DNA from: Candidatus Eiseniibacteriota bacterium | GTDB lineage: Bacteria > Eisenbacteria > RBG-16-71-46 > JABDJR01 | Direction: 5' to 3' | Assembly: GCA_963762255.1 (NCBI GenBank) | Contig: CAVXKA010000003.1 | Span: forward strand, 736,001 to 800,000 | Length of the DNA stretch: 64,000 nucleotides | In this document: in pieces, positions 52,666 to 61,332 of the stretch | Position numbering within the stretch: the stretch's first letter is position 1 | Layout of the letters: each line of letters opens with the position of its first letter | Notes under the pieces: generated by a model | What the model was told of the DNA's origin: nothing | The model's database searches: none | The model's input: only the letters and a program-made list of their open reading frames with translations | Program-made: the position numbers and the translations under genes

Positions 52666-53885
52666 CAGAATGTCTCCTGGTACGCCGCCTCGCCGTGGAG
52701 TGCCGCGTCGAGTCCCATGTGTTCCTCGGCCTCGCTGGTGCGAACCGGAGTGATTCGATTGATGAGGACCAGCATGATCCAGGTGAACCCGAAGGCATAG
52801 ATCGACGAGAACACGACCGCCACGAGTTGCTTCACGAGGAATGCCGAGTTGCCGTGCAAGAGGCCGTTCTGCCCCGCGCTGTTGACCGCGGTCGTGCCCA
52901 GGAACCCGAGCAGGATGATGCCGAGCGCCCCCCCCACTCCGTGCACGCCCCACACATCGAGTGCGTCGTCCCAATGGAGGCGGTTCTTCAGGCTGACCGC
53001 GAAGTAGCAGACGACACCGGCAAGGATGCCGATGATCGCGGCGCTGGTCGTCGTCACGTATCCGGCGCACGGCGTGATGGTGGCCAGTCCGGCCACCGCG
53101 CCGGTCAAGAAGCCGAGGAACTTCGGCTTGCGCTCGAAGATCCACGCCAGGAGCAGCCACGTGGGGCCGGCGAAGGACGCCGCGATATCCGTGTTCAAGA
53201 AGGCCAGCCCGGTGACCGCGTCCACCCGAAGTTCGCTGCCGGCATTGAAGCCGTACCAGCCGAACCAGAGGAGTCCCGTGCCCAGCGCCACCAACGGGAT
53301 GCTGTGCGGCACGCTGTCGGCGACCCGCCGGCGGCCCACATAGAGCACCGATGCCAGCGCCGCCATCCCGGCGATGTTGTGCACCGCGATGCCCCCCGCG
53401 AAATCGAGCACGCCCCACTTCGCAAGCAGCCCTCCGCCCCAGATCATGTGCACGAACGGGAAGTAGACCAGGAAGAGCCACGCGACGAGGAAGAGCAGGT
53501 ACGCGCCGAAGCGCACCCGGTTCGCGAAGGCGCCGGTGATGAGCGCCGGGGTGATGATGGCGAACATCATCTGGTAGGCGATGAACACGAAGAGCGGGAT
53601 GTGGCCGTCGGCGAAGGGGGTCTCCGGCCCCACACCTCGGAGGAAGGCCATGTCCAGGTTGCCGATGATGCCTCCCTCGCCGCCGCTGAAGCAGAGCGAG
53701 TAGCCGCACAGCCACCAGATGATGGTGGTGACGCCCATCGACACGAAGCTCTGGATCATGATCCCGAGCACGTTCTTGCGCCCCACCAGTCCGCCGTAGA
53801 AGAACGCGAGCCCGGGGGTCATGAGCATCACGAGGCTGGTGGCCACCAGCATGAAGCCGGTGTTGCCGGTGTCGAACGACTGCAT
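52665..53885 (-). CDS. amtB: Ammonium transporter
   Basis: MTPGLAFFYGG, DFAGG.AVH, WFGW.GFNAGS, DDALDV.GVHG, GLD...HGE.AY. Confidence 0.96.
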   Translation of the reverse strand: MQSFDTGNTGFMLVATSLVMLMTPGLAFFYGGLVGRKNVLGIMIQSFVSMGVTTIIWWLCGYSLCFSGGEGGIIGNLDMAFLRGVGPETPFADGHIPLFVFIAYQMMFAIITPALITGAFANRVRFGAYLLFLVAWLFLVYFPFVHMIWGGGLLAKWGVLDFAGGIAVHNIAGMAALASVLYVGRRRVADSVPHSIPLVALGTGLLWFGWYGFNAGSELRVDAVTGLAFLNTDIAASFAGPTWLLLAWIFERKPKFLGFLTGAVAGLATITPCAGYVTTTSAAIIGILAGVVCYFAVSLKNRLHWDDALDVWGVHGVGGALGIILLGFLGTTAVNSAGQNGLLHGNSAFLVKQLVAVVFSSIYAFGFTWIMLVLINRITPVRTSEAEEHMGLDAALHGEAAYQETF

Positions 53886-53977
53886 GGTTCCTCCCCGGCG
53901 CGCGCGGGAGAACCTCCTGCGTGGAGGCACGCCGAGCACGCCACCGGGGATGGTGACGGCCGGACGGAGGGAGCCTC

Positions 53978-53996
53978 AATCGGGGAAAGCCTGATT
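53978..53996. promoter_or_regulatory. Palindrome AATCGGG-GAAAG-CCTGATT upstream of amt (candidate response-regulator site)
   Basis: Imperfect dyad AATCRGG-N5-CCYGATT about 90 bp upstream of amt. Confidence 0.5.
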
Positions 53997-54028
53997 TCCG
54001 GGTTCGCGATTCCTGAGAGGCGGGCGAC

Positions 54029-54679
54029 CTAGTCGAGCGGGGTGAGCCCTTCGCGGACGGCGTACTTGGTGAGTTCGGCCACCGAGTGAAGCCCGAGCTT
54101 CTCCATGATCTGCCGCCTGTGCGACTCGACGGTCTTGGGGCTGACCGAGAGCTGGCCGGCGATTTCCTTGGTGGCGCGCCCCTCGGCAAGCAACTGAAGC
54201 ACCTCGCGCTCGCGCGGGCTCAAGAGCTGGAACGCCGAGTTCTGCTGGGGTGGCACGCGCACGGCAAAGTCCTGGGCCACCACATCGGTGATGGCGGCGC
54301 TGAGAAACACGTGCCCCTCCATCGCGGACTGGATCGCCCTCACGACCTCCGGAAACGCGCTGTCCTTGAGCAGGTAGCCGCTCGCACCGGCCCGCAGTGT
54401 TTCCGCCACGAAACGCCGGTCGGCGTGCATCGACAGAATGAGGACGCGGGTCTGCGGGACCTCGGCGGCGATTCGGCGAGTGGCTTCGACGCCGTTCATG
54501 CCCGGCATGGAGATGTCGAGCAGCACGATGTCGGGTCGCAGCTCGTTGGAGAGCCGCAGTGCTTCCAGCCCGTCGCCGGCCTCGCCGACAACGGTGAAGC
54601 CGGGGGAACGCTGGAGCAGTGCGCGCAGTCCGTCGCGGAAGAGCTGGTGATCATCGGCGATCAGCACACGGACGGTCAC
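54029..54679 (-). CDS. NarL/LuxR-family response regulator
   Basis: ADDH, LDISMP, GYLLK, LSPREREVL, KTVESHR..IM.KL. Confidence 0.95.
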   Translation of the reverse strand: MTVRVLIADDHQLFRDGLRALLQRSPGFTVVGEAGDGLEALRLSNELRPDIVLLDISMPGMNGVEATRRIAAEVPQTRVLILSMHADRRFVAETLRAGASGYLLKDSAFPEVVRAIQSAMEGHVFLSAAITDVVAQDFAVRVPPQQNSAFQLLSPREREVLQLLAEGRATKEIAGQLSVSPKTVESHRRQIMEKLGLHSVAELTKYAVREGLTPLD

Positions 54680-55908
54680 GACAGGCCACCTTCCTCTTGA
54701 GCGAGCGGCACGTTGAGGGTGATGGTCGCCCCCGCCCCGGGGGCCGATCGCACATCGAGCCGGCCGCCCAGATGTCGCAGGCGCTCCCGGATGCTGAACA
54801 GGCCGAAGGTCCCCGCCTCCGCGCTCGCAGCCGCCGCCTCCGCCCGCTCGGGGTCGAACCCCGCGCCGTCGTCCGTGACCTGCACTTGAAGCATCGTTGC
54901 CTCCCGACGCAGCAGGACCTGCACGCGCTTCGGGCGCCCGTGCTTGATCGCGTTGGTAAGCAGTTCGTGCGCCGACTTGAAGAGCATCACCCGCGTCGCC
55001 TGGGGTACTTGCGGCACATCGCGCGCGGCGGTCACTTCCACCTGGACGCCATGCTTGGCCGTGAATTGCTCCCCCATCCATTCGAGCGCGGGCCCCAGGC
55101 CGAGTTCGTAGAGCACCGGCGGGCTCAGCTCTCCGGTCAGCGTGCGCGTGTAGCGGATGGACTGGTCCACAAGGCCCAGGATCTCGCGCAGGCTGGACTC
55201 GAAGCCGCAGAAGACGGCGTCGCCCGCAAACTGCGCCAGGCGCAGCTTCACGAAGGCCAGAGCCTGCCCCAAGTGGTCGTGCAGATCGGCGGCAATAGCG
55301 CGCCGTTCGCGTTCTTCCGCAAGGGCGAGTTCCGTCGCGAGACGGCGCAATTGCTCCCGGTGTCGATCGATCTCCGCGCAGGCGCGGCGGTGCTCGGCGA
55401 TCTCCGCTTGCAGCGTCGCGTTGGTGGCTTGCAGCTCCGCGGTGCGCTCCGCAACCTGGCGCTCGAGCTGGTCGTGCGCCCGCTGCGCGGCCTGATCGTC
55501 GAGTTGGTGCTGGAGGTACATGCGGAGCATCTCAGCCAGCGAATCGATGAGGTCGCGCTCTTCGCTGAGGAATGGACCCTCGGCCGCCGGTGGGCGCGCC
55601 TCCAGGTAGCAGATCTCGAGGCTCCCCTCCGATGGCGCCGTTGCGCCGGAGACGCGGGCGGTGAAGCGCGCCCGCTGAGTCCATGGTGTCTCTCGGAAGT
55701 TCGCGCTCGCGTACTCCCCGCCCAGAAGCCGGAGGCGGGCGGCGGCGACTTCCGGGAACTGCCAGGCCGCGGGAAGAAACTCCACGATCTCGCGCATCAA
55801 GCCTTCGACCGGCCGCTGAGTGTCTTGCAGCAGTCGTGCCGTGCGGTGGAGCGCGGTGAGTTCTTTGACGCGCTCGCCGAGGCTGTGGCGGATCGAATCC
55901 TGGGTCAT
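54676..55908 (-). CDS. Cytoplasmic HisKA_3 sensor histidine kinase with N-terminal GAF-like domain
   Basis: ERRAIAADLHD..GQ, ELLTNAIKH, DDGAGF, FGL.SIRER; no TM segment. Confidence 0.92.
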   Translation of the reverse strand: MTQDSIRHSLGERVKELTALHRTARLLQDTQRPVEGLMREIVEFLPAAWQFPEVAAARLRLLGGEYASANFRETPWTQRARFTARVSGATAPSEGSLEICYLEARPPAAEGPFLSEERDLIDSLAEMLRMYLQHQLDDQAAQRAHDQLERQVAERTAELQATNATLQAEIAEHRRACAEIDRHREQLRRLATELALAEERERRAIAADLHDHLGQALAFVKLRLAQFAGDAVFCGFESSLREILGLVDQSIRYTRTLTGELSPPVLYELGLGPALEWMGEQFTAKHGVQVEVTAARDVPQVPQATRVMLFKSAHELLTNAIKHGRPKRVQVLLRREATMLQVQVTDDGAGFDPERAEAAAASAEAGTFGLFSIRERLRHLGGRLDVRSAPGAGATITLNVPLAQEEGGLS

Positions 55909-56000
55909 GCGTGCGTTCCTGCGCGAGGGCGCCGGACAGGCCGACTGGATCGGGCCGCATAGTCTACGCCCGTCGTCCGGACGGGCCCCAGGGGAAAGGA

Positions 56001-56076
56001 TGGAGGCGCCAGGCAGATTCGAACTGCCGCATAACGGTTTTGCAGACCGTCCCCTTAGCCACTTGGGTATGGCGCC
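56001..56076 (-). tRNA. tRNA-Cys(GCA) with encoded CCA
   Basis: GGCGCCA acceptor stem, anticodon loop CTGCAAA, T-arm GGCAG-TTCGAAT-CTGCC, U73 discriminator. Confidence 0.97.
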
Positions 56077-56103
56077 TCTTCAAAGCGGCAGAAGAGGTTA
56101 GCA
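56042..56103. repeat. att direct repeat copy 1 (62 bp: 5' half of tRNA-Cys plus 27 nt upstream)
   Basis: Identical to 60092..60153. Confidence 0.95.
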
Positions 56104-56123
56104 GATACCCTTCACTGAGACAA
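56095..56123 (-). promoter_or_regulatory. Hybrid tRNA promoter TTGTCT-N17-TAACCT (with TGn extended -10)
   Basis: The -10 lies inside the att repeat and the -35 lies in the integrase 3' end. Confidence 0.6.
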
Positions 56124-56580
56124 CACCAGGGTGTGACCACTTTTGTGACCACCTTCCTGGCCACGGAAGCCCACCCTGAGTGCCTCATTGAACACAGCAC
56201 CATCCGAAAGCTGACCGTACCTCTGGGTGACTTGGATGGAGGAGTGACCTAGGAGCTTCTGAAGAGCTTCCAGACTTCCCCCCATTTCCAGCCACCTACA
56301 GGCAAAGGTGTGACGAAGCTGGTGGAAGTGCCACGTCACTCCGGCGGCCTTCTCGATCCGATCGACGAAGCTGCACGGGGTCTTGCAGCGCATGGGCAGG
56401 ACGAACACCGACGTCGTCCTCGCCAGTCGCTCCCGCAAGAGCGCCGCAGCTTCCGGGACGAGCGGCACGCGCCGGACCTTGCCCGACTTCGTGTGATAGA
56501 CCACCAGGTGCGGACGCGGCAGGTCCCTGACGTGCCGCCACTGCAGCCGGTGGAGTTCCCCCCGCCGGAGACTGGTGAGG
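56112..56580 (-). pseudogene. Tyrosine integrase, catalytic domain only (5'-truncated)
   Basis: TSLRRGEL..L.W, HTKSGK, FHQLRHTFA, LLGHSS, TQRY. No recognisable N-terminal domains; in-frame stop at ~56655. Confidence 0.85.
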
Positions 56581-56782
56581 GGGCCACTTCGGGCACTCGC
56601 GGCATGATCGATGAGCGGAAGACTGCCGAAGAGGGCAACATGACCACCATGCGTTCAGCTTTCGCGGAGGCCCACCCAATGGCTCACAAGTTGGAGCTGG
56701 ACATGCTCTTCGCGAGCAGGTGATTCTGCCTTGACGTTCGTCATGTAACGCTCCGTAACACCCCATATGGAGGACCTGCACG

Positions 56783-57148
56783 GTGACTGGATCGATGCCT
56801 CACATTCAGGGATTCGCGCCCTCCGTGCCGCTGCTCGCCGGTACCTCGTCTCTGGAAACCGAGGATCGGGCCTCGGAGACCATCGCCGGGCGATGCGACG
56901 GCGAGTACCAGGTCTCGTTTGATTTCGCGACACCGAACGCCGGTTCGAGCGTGGAGCTGAGCGCCAACGGCGCGGCGCCCAAGATGGTCAGCCTGCCCGC
57001 GACCGGAGAATGGCAGCTGTACCAGCGCGTCGAAGGCGGCAGATTATCGTTCAAATACGGGGTGAACACCCTTTCGCTCCGCTGCGTCACCAAGGTCGGC
57101 GAAGACATGGGCAACCTGGGCGAGATCCTCCTGGAGCGGACGAAATAG
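56783..57148 (+). pseudogene. CBM6/CBM35-like carbohydrate-binding module fragment
   Basis: G.YQV...AT, LPATG.WQ.Y, G.NTL.L pattern; no credible N-terminus. Confidence 0.5.
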
Positions 57149-57173
57149 GGAATCAAGCTGCGAAGCACGAACC

Positions 57174-57203
57174 CGTAGGGGCGACGCATGCGTCGCCCCT
57201 ACG
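57174..57203. repeat. Perfect 30-bp palindrome, GTAG-type REP-like
   Basis: CGTAGGGGCGACGCA-TGCGTCGCCCCTACG between convergent genes. Confidence 0.8.
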
Positions 57204-57258
57204 ATTCATTGCGTCAAAATTTCGAATCAAACCATCTTGACCCGACCTGATTCATCTC

Positions 57259-58197
57259 CTACAGCCGGTAATACTCCCGGAACCATTGAATGGTCTTCTT
57301 GAGGCCATCTTCGAAGGACGTTTTCGGCGCCCAGCCGAGGATCCTGCGTGCGCGATCGCTGTTGGAACACATGTGCCAGATCTCGGTCGGCCGGTAGGGC
57401 AGCGCCCCGAGCTGGATGTCGCTCTTGCTGCCGGTCAGTTCCTTGATCGTCAGGATCAGCCGCTTGATCGGGATCTCCTCGCCGTTGCCGAGGTTCATGA
57501 TGTTGCCGATCGCCTCGTCCTTCTTGACCGCCAGCATGATGCCGTCGGCCAGGTCCTCGACGTAGTTGAACTCCCGCGTCTGCTCGCCCTTGGTGGCCTT
57601 GAGCGGCCGGTTCTTGAGGCAGGTCTCGATGACCTCGCCGATGATCGCCTTCGAGCTCTGATACGGGCCGTAGGCGTTGAACGGCCGGATGATGACGATC
57701 GGCTTCTTCATCATCGACATCTTCATCTGGCAGTAGAGCTCGCCGCCGTACTTGCCGATCGAATAGGGCGAGATCGGCTGCGGCAGCATGGTCTCGACGA
57801 AGGGCACCTCGGTCTGGTAGCCGTAGACCTCGGAGGTGGAGATGTAGACGAACTTCTCGTAATCCTGGTACGCCTCGAGGATGTTGGCGGTGCCCTTGCA
57901 GTTGACGTCGAGGGCCTCGGACACGCTCATGAAGCTGTCGCCGACGTGGTTGTACGCGGCCATGTGCACGACGATGTCCGGCTTGAACACCGCGATCTGG
58001 CGGAGCGAATCCTGGTTGCGGATGTCGGCCTCGATCACCTCCACGTCGTCCCAGATGTCGCGGATGCGCTCATTGTCGATCAGGCTCTTGTACTTGGTGA
58101 TGATCCCGACCCGCGCGCCCTCCTTCACCAGCCGGCGCGTCACGTTGGCAGGAATGAACCCCGAACCGCCGGTCACCAGCACTTTCTTGTTCTTCAT
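57259..58197 (-). CDS. NAD-dependent NDP-sugar epimerase/dehydratase
   Basis: VTGGSGFI, STSEVYG, YSIGK, RPFN.YGP, TREFNYVED. Confidence 0.92.
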   Translation of the reverse strand: MKNKKVLVTGGSGFIPANVTRRLVKEGARVGIITKYKSLIDNERIRDIWDDVEVIEADIRNQDSLRQIAVFKPDIVVHMAAYNHVGDSFMSVSEALDVNCKGTANILEAYQDYEKFVYISTSEVYGYQTEVPFVETMLPQPISPYSIGKYGGELYCQMKMSMMKKPIVIIRPFNAYGPYQSSKAIIGEVIETCLKNRPLKATKGEQTREFNYVEDLADGIMLAVKKDEAIGNIMNLGNGEEIPIKRLILTIKELTGSKSDIQLGALPYRPTEIWHMCSNSDRARRILGWAPKTSFEDGLKKTIQWFREYYRL

Positions 58198-58931
58198 TCG
58201 GTGTCCCCCATTGTGCCCGAGAGAATGGTGTAAAACCCCTCCAGGCGCGCCTCGGTGTCGATCTTCTCTTCCTTGGTATTGACCGTCAGGTGCTCGCCCT
58301 CGTGGCGGAAGGCCCAAAACCGGCCCATGGCGATCACCTTGTCATACAGATCCACGATCGATTCCGCTTCGTCGACCAGGTCGAGGACCGACTTTTCCAC
58401 GACCATGAAACCTATGTTCATCCACTCATCCAGCAGCGGCTTTTCCCGGAACGAGGACACCTGCCCGCGGTCGTTGAACTTGAGAATGCCGAAGGACGAA
58501 TGCAGCCGGCGCACGGTCATCGTCAGCAGGCTGTCGCTCCGCTCGTGGAACTCCAGGAGGTCATGCAGGTTGACGTCCGCGATGGCGTCGCCGAACGAGA
58601 GAATGAAGCGGTCGCCGGTCAGGATTCTCCGGGCATTGAGGACCCGCTTCAGCATGGACGCGTCCTCACCGGCGTCATCGTATTCAATCAGGTACGGCAG
58701 ATTCTTCCCCTCGAAATAATCCCGGATCATGAATCCCCGGTATCCGAGGCAGAGGCAGAAACGGTTGAAACCCCAGACGGCGAAAATATCCAGGATGTGC
58801 TTGATCATCGGCTGGTCGCGCAGGTAGACCAGCGGCTTGGGAATCTCGTCGGTGATCGGCTGAAGCCGGACGCCGCGGCCGCCGCAGAGGATCACCACCT
58901 GGGTGTTGCGCGCCTTCTCCACGTCCTTCAT
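58194..58931 (-). CDS. Sugar-phosphate nucleotidyltransferase (glucose-1-P cytidylyltransferase-like)
   Basis: VILCGGRG.RL...T..IPKPL, CLGY.G..I.DYF, GD..ADV.L, F.EKP. Confidence 0.88.
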   Translation of the reverse strand: MKDVEKARNTQVVILCGGRGVRLQPITDEIPKPLVYLRDQPMIKHILDIFAVWGFNRFCLCLGYRGFMIRDYFEGKNLPYLIEYDDAGEDASMLKRVLNARRILTGDRFILSFGDAIADVNLHDLLEFHERSDSLLTMTVRRLHSSFGILKFNDRGQVSSFREKPLLDEWMNIGFMVVEKSVLDLVDEAESIVDLYDKVIAMGRFWAFRHEGEHLTVNTKEEKIDTEARLEGFYTILSGTMGDTE

Positions 58932-59614
58932 GCGGGCCGCCGGTACTTGAACATGGCGGACAGGGCCTGGAAACCGTCGCGCATCTTGATCTTCTTGCCC
59001 TGCTGGCTGTTCCGCGGCCGGAAGCGGATCGGCAGTTCCAGGTACTTCAACTGCGGCCGCCCTCGCAACAGCTTGAAGGCGATCTCGATGTCGAGGTCGA
59101 AACGGTCGGACTCGAGTTCCTCGATGGCGATCAAGTCCCGGCGGAACACCTTGTAGCAGGTTTCCACGTCCGACAGCCGGCGGCCCAGCAACACGCCGGC
59201 GACGCGCGAGAGGAACACGTTGCCGTAGTAGTAGAGTAAACTGAAATGCTGGTCTTGCTGGAGAAACCGCGAGCCGAAGGCCACGTCCGCCTCGCCGCTC
59301 TCCACCGCCCTGACCAGCGGCACCAAGTCTTGCGGATCCAGTTCCACGTCGGCATCCTGGAACGCGATGATCTCACCTTTGGCGTGCCGCAACCCGAGCC
59401 TGACGCCATGGCCCTTGCCGATATTGACGTCGTTGTACACGACCTGGATCGCGTGGGTCCCGGCCAGCTTCCGCAGCAGGGCCCGGGTGCCGTCGGTGGA
59501 GCCGTTCTCCACCACGACGATCTGTTTGTCGAGGGGAAGCTCACCGACAGCCTCGATCACCTGCCGGATGGTGGCTTCCTCGTTATAGGCTGTTATGATG
59601 ATGGTGGTCAGCAT
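58928..59614 (-). CDS. GT2 glycosyltransferase (DPM1-like)
   Basis: AYNEE.TI, GSTDGT, N.GKG, QDAD.E, FGSRF, D.ETCYK. Confidence 0.92.
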   Translation of the reverse strand: MLTTIIITAYNEEATIRQVIEAVGELPLDKQIVVVENGSTDGTRALLRKLAGTHAIQVVYNDVNIGKGHGVRLGLRHAKGEIIAFQDADVELDPQDLVPLVRAVESGEADVAFGSRFLQQDQHFSLLYYYGNVFLSRVAGVLLGRRLSDVETCYKVFRRDLIAIEELESDRFDLDIEIAFKLLRGRPQLKYLELPIRFRPRNSQQGKKIKMRDGFQALSAMFKYRRPA

Positions 59615-59721
59615 GTCTCATCCCTATCTTATGGTAACAGTTCACGGCATCGAGCGGAAGGGGGCGTTCCGTGCGGAGTGCGCGTACCAATGCAAAGGCG
59701 TCGTGACTGAGACATCCGCCA

Positions 59722-59880
59722 GCGAGCGGCGCGCGCGGTCGAGCAGCTCCCGCGTGGCTAACCGCAGGAGGTGGATTGCGCAGTCGGCCTTCTCGTGGCC
59801 GCAGGCCGCGGCGACCGACACGCACTCGCGCAGCACGGTCGGCAGCTTCAGCGCTTTGAGGTGGTGCTCCACCCATTCCC
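59722..59880 (-). pseudogene. IS21-family IstB ATPase N-terminal remnant
   Basis: EHHLKALKLPT.LRE...A..C......L.RL...EL.DR.RR, after which similarity is lost. Confidence 0.65.
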
Positions 59881-60091
59881 CCTTGACCCCGTCCGGCCTC
59901 GGCACCTGCGCCGGTTTGCGTCTATGAATTCCATGGAAATGGTAGGAAGCCGCCGGAAACGATAATAGGATGCTGTCCGGCACGAGCGGGCGTACCCAAT
60001 CTCACCACCCAGGGTTGCCTGCGAAACACCCTTGTGAGAAGGGCTTGGACCGTGGACCTCGCATGACTTAGAAAACCTCGATTTCGCCTTC

Positions 60092-60153
60092 GCAGACCGT
60101 CCCCTTAGCCACTTGGGTATGGCGCCTCTTCAAAGCGGCAGAAGAGGTTAGCA
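60092..60153. repeat. att direct repeat copy 2 (displaced tRNA-Cys 5' fragment)
   Basis: Identical to 56042..56103. Identity ends in the anticodon loop. Confidence 0.95.
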
Positions 60154-60174
60154 CAACCCAAGGAGCCGACTCAA
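60145..60174 (-). promoter_or_regulatory. Presumed native tRNA-Cys promoter TTGAGT-N18-TAACCT
   Basis: Read on the minus strand, pointing into the island. Confidence 0.55.
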
Positions 60175-60343
60175 CCGGCCCCACCGGCTCGATGCCGGCC
60201 CCTCCCGCTGCGGCCGAGGCGATCCGGCCCGCCCGACGCGGCGCCGATCGAGCAATTCGCTCAAGTGATCCCTGGTCTTCTCATCCGCGCAGTACAGACT
60301 GCCCCCCAGCCTGGACCATGTAGCAATTATTCTGATTTGGTGA

Positions 60344-60372
60344 TTGACGACTCATTTAGTCCTTGATACCTT
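60344..60372 (+). promoter_or_regulatory. sigma70-like promoter TTGACG-N17-TACCTT
   Basis: Lies in an AT-rich patch about 230 bp upstream of the next CDS. Confidence 0.55.
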
Positions 60373-60604
60373 TCCCGCAGTCGCTTCGGTCGGCTATTAG
60401 TCGATTCGAGTTCGCCATGATCTCGGTGGCGCAGCGGCTCTCGCGCTCTGTCGGGCATCCTCCGACGGGGGTCGGTTCTCAAGTACCTCCATACCGGGGT
60501 TGGAGAAACGCGCTGCACCCGGGCGTTGGCCTTCTCCACCCGCGCTCAGGTCCCGGTGCCATCTGAACCTATGCGGCAATCGGTGACTAGAAAGGTCCGT
60601 TTTC

Positions 60605-61303
60605 ATGCGAATGGCGTCCCGTAGAGAGCTCCGGCTTGTATCGGTAACGCGGCTCGCGCTTCCCATCTTCCTGGCGGTCATGCTGGGGATGACGGGTTCA
60701 GCGGCGGCGCAGCTCGTGAATCCCGCCTTCGACTCCGGCCCGGCAGGACCGGTGGGCAATTTCGGCACCGTTGTCGGCCCTCCTTTCCAGGGCGGCCTGT
60801 GGGGTGCCGAGGACGCTTCCATCGACAACGCCACCATTTGCGGCACCGGGCCGCTCAGCAGCCCGTACATGCTGAGCCTCGGGACGGGGGGTGGTTCCTA
60901 TAGCCAGGCTTGGCAGGCGGTCGACGTTTCGGCCGGGCCTCCCGCCGTTGTGAACCTCCGCGCCCGGGCCAACACCTGCGCCTCGGCGCCGGGGGTGACG
61001 GTGGGACTGGACATCAGAACCTTCAACAACGCGAACGGCTGGCCCAGCCACACCATGGTAGTGAGCACCTCCATCCAGCTCGACGCCGATGTGAACACCT
61101 GGGAGCAGGTCCTTCTGGATTGCATCCCGATCCCTTCCGACACCGAGTGGATTCTGGCGCAGGTATACCTGGTCAACTCCACGGCGGGCGGCAATCCAGC
61201 TTACTTCGACGACGTGCTGCTCGAGTTCGATCATTGCATCGTCCCGGCCGCTCCCACCACATGGGGCGCGGTCAAGGCTCTCTACGGGACTCCGTCCGAG
61301 TAG
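60605..61303 (+). CDS. Secreted jelly-roll/CBM-like protein with C-terminal TTWGAVKALY motif
   Basis: Signal peptide, LVNPAFD, W.Q, YFDDV.L, tail VPAAPTTWGAVKALYG. Confidence 0.8.
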   Translation: MRMASRRELRLVSVTRLALPIFLAVMLGMTGSAAAQLVNPAFDSGPAGPVGNFGTVVGPPFQGGLWGAEDASIDNATICGTGPLSSPYMLSLGTGGGSYSQAWQAVDVSAGPPAVVNLRARANTCASAPGVTVGLDIRTFNNANGWPSHTMVVSTSIQLDADVNTWEQVLLDCIPIPSDTEWILAQVYLVNSTAGGNPAYFDDVLLEFDHCIVPAAPTTWGAVKALYGTPSE

Positions 61304-61332
61304 ATACTTCCCTATGCCTTGACGAGTCCAAT

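Larger units (their letters stand above)
56104..60091. mobile_element. Decayed integrative genomic island inserted in tRNA-Cys
   Basis: Flanked by 62-bp direct repeats. Contains an integrase remnant, an IS21 remnant and cargo proteins richer in K/I/N than flanking genes. Confidence 0.88.

Noticed and set aside
60092-60126. Second tRNA-Cys gene
   Set aside because: Only the 5' 35 nt are present, with no T-arm or 3' acceptor strand. It is the att fragment.
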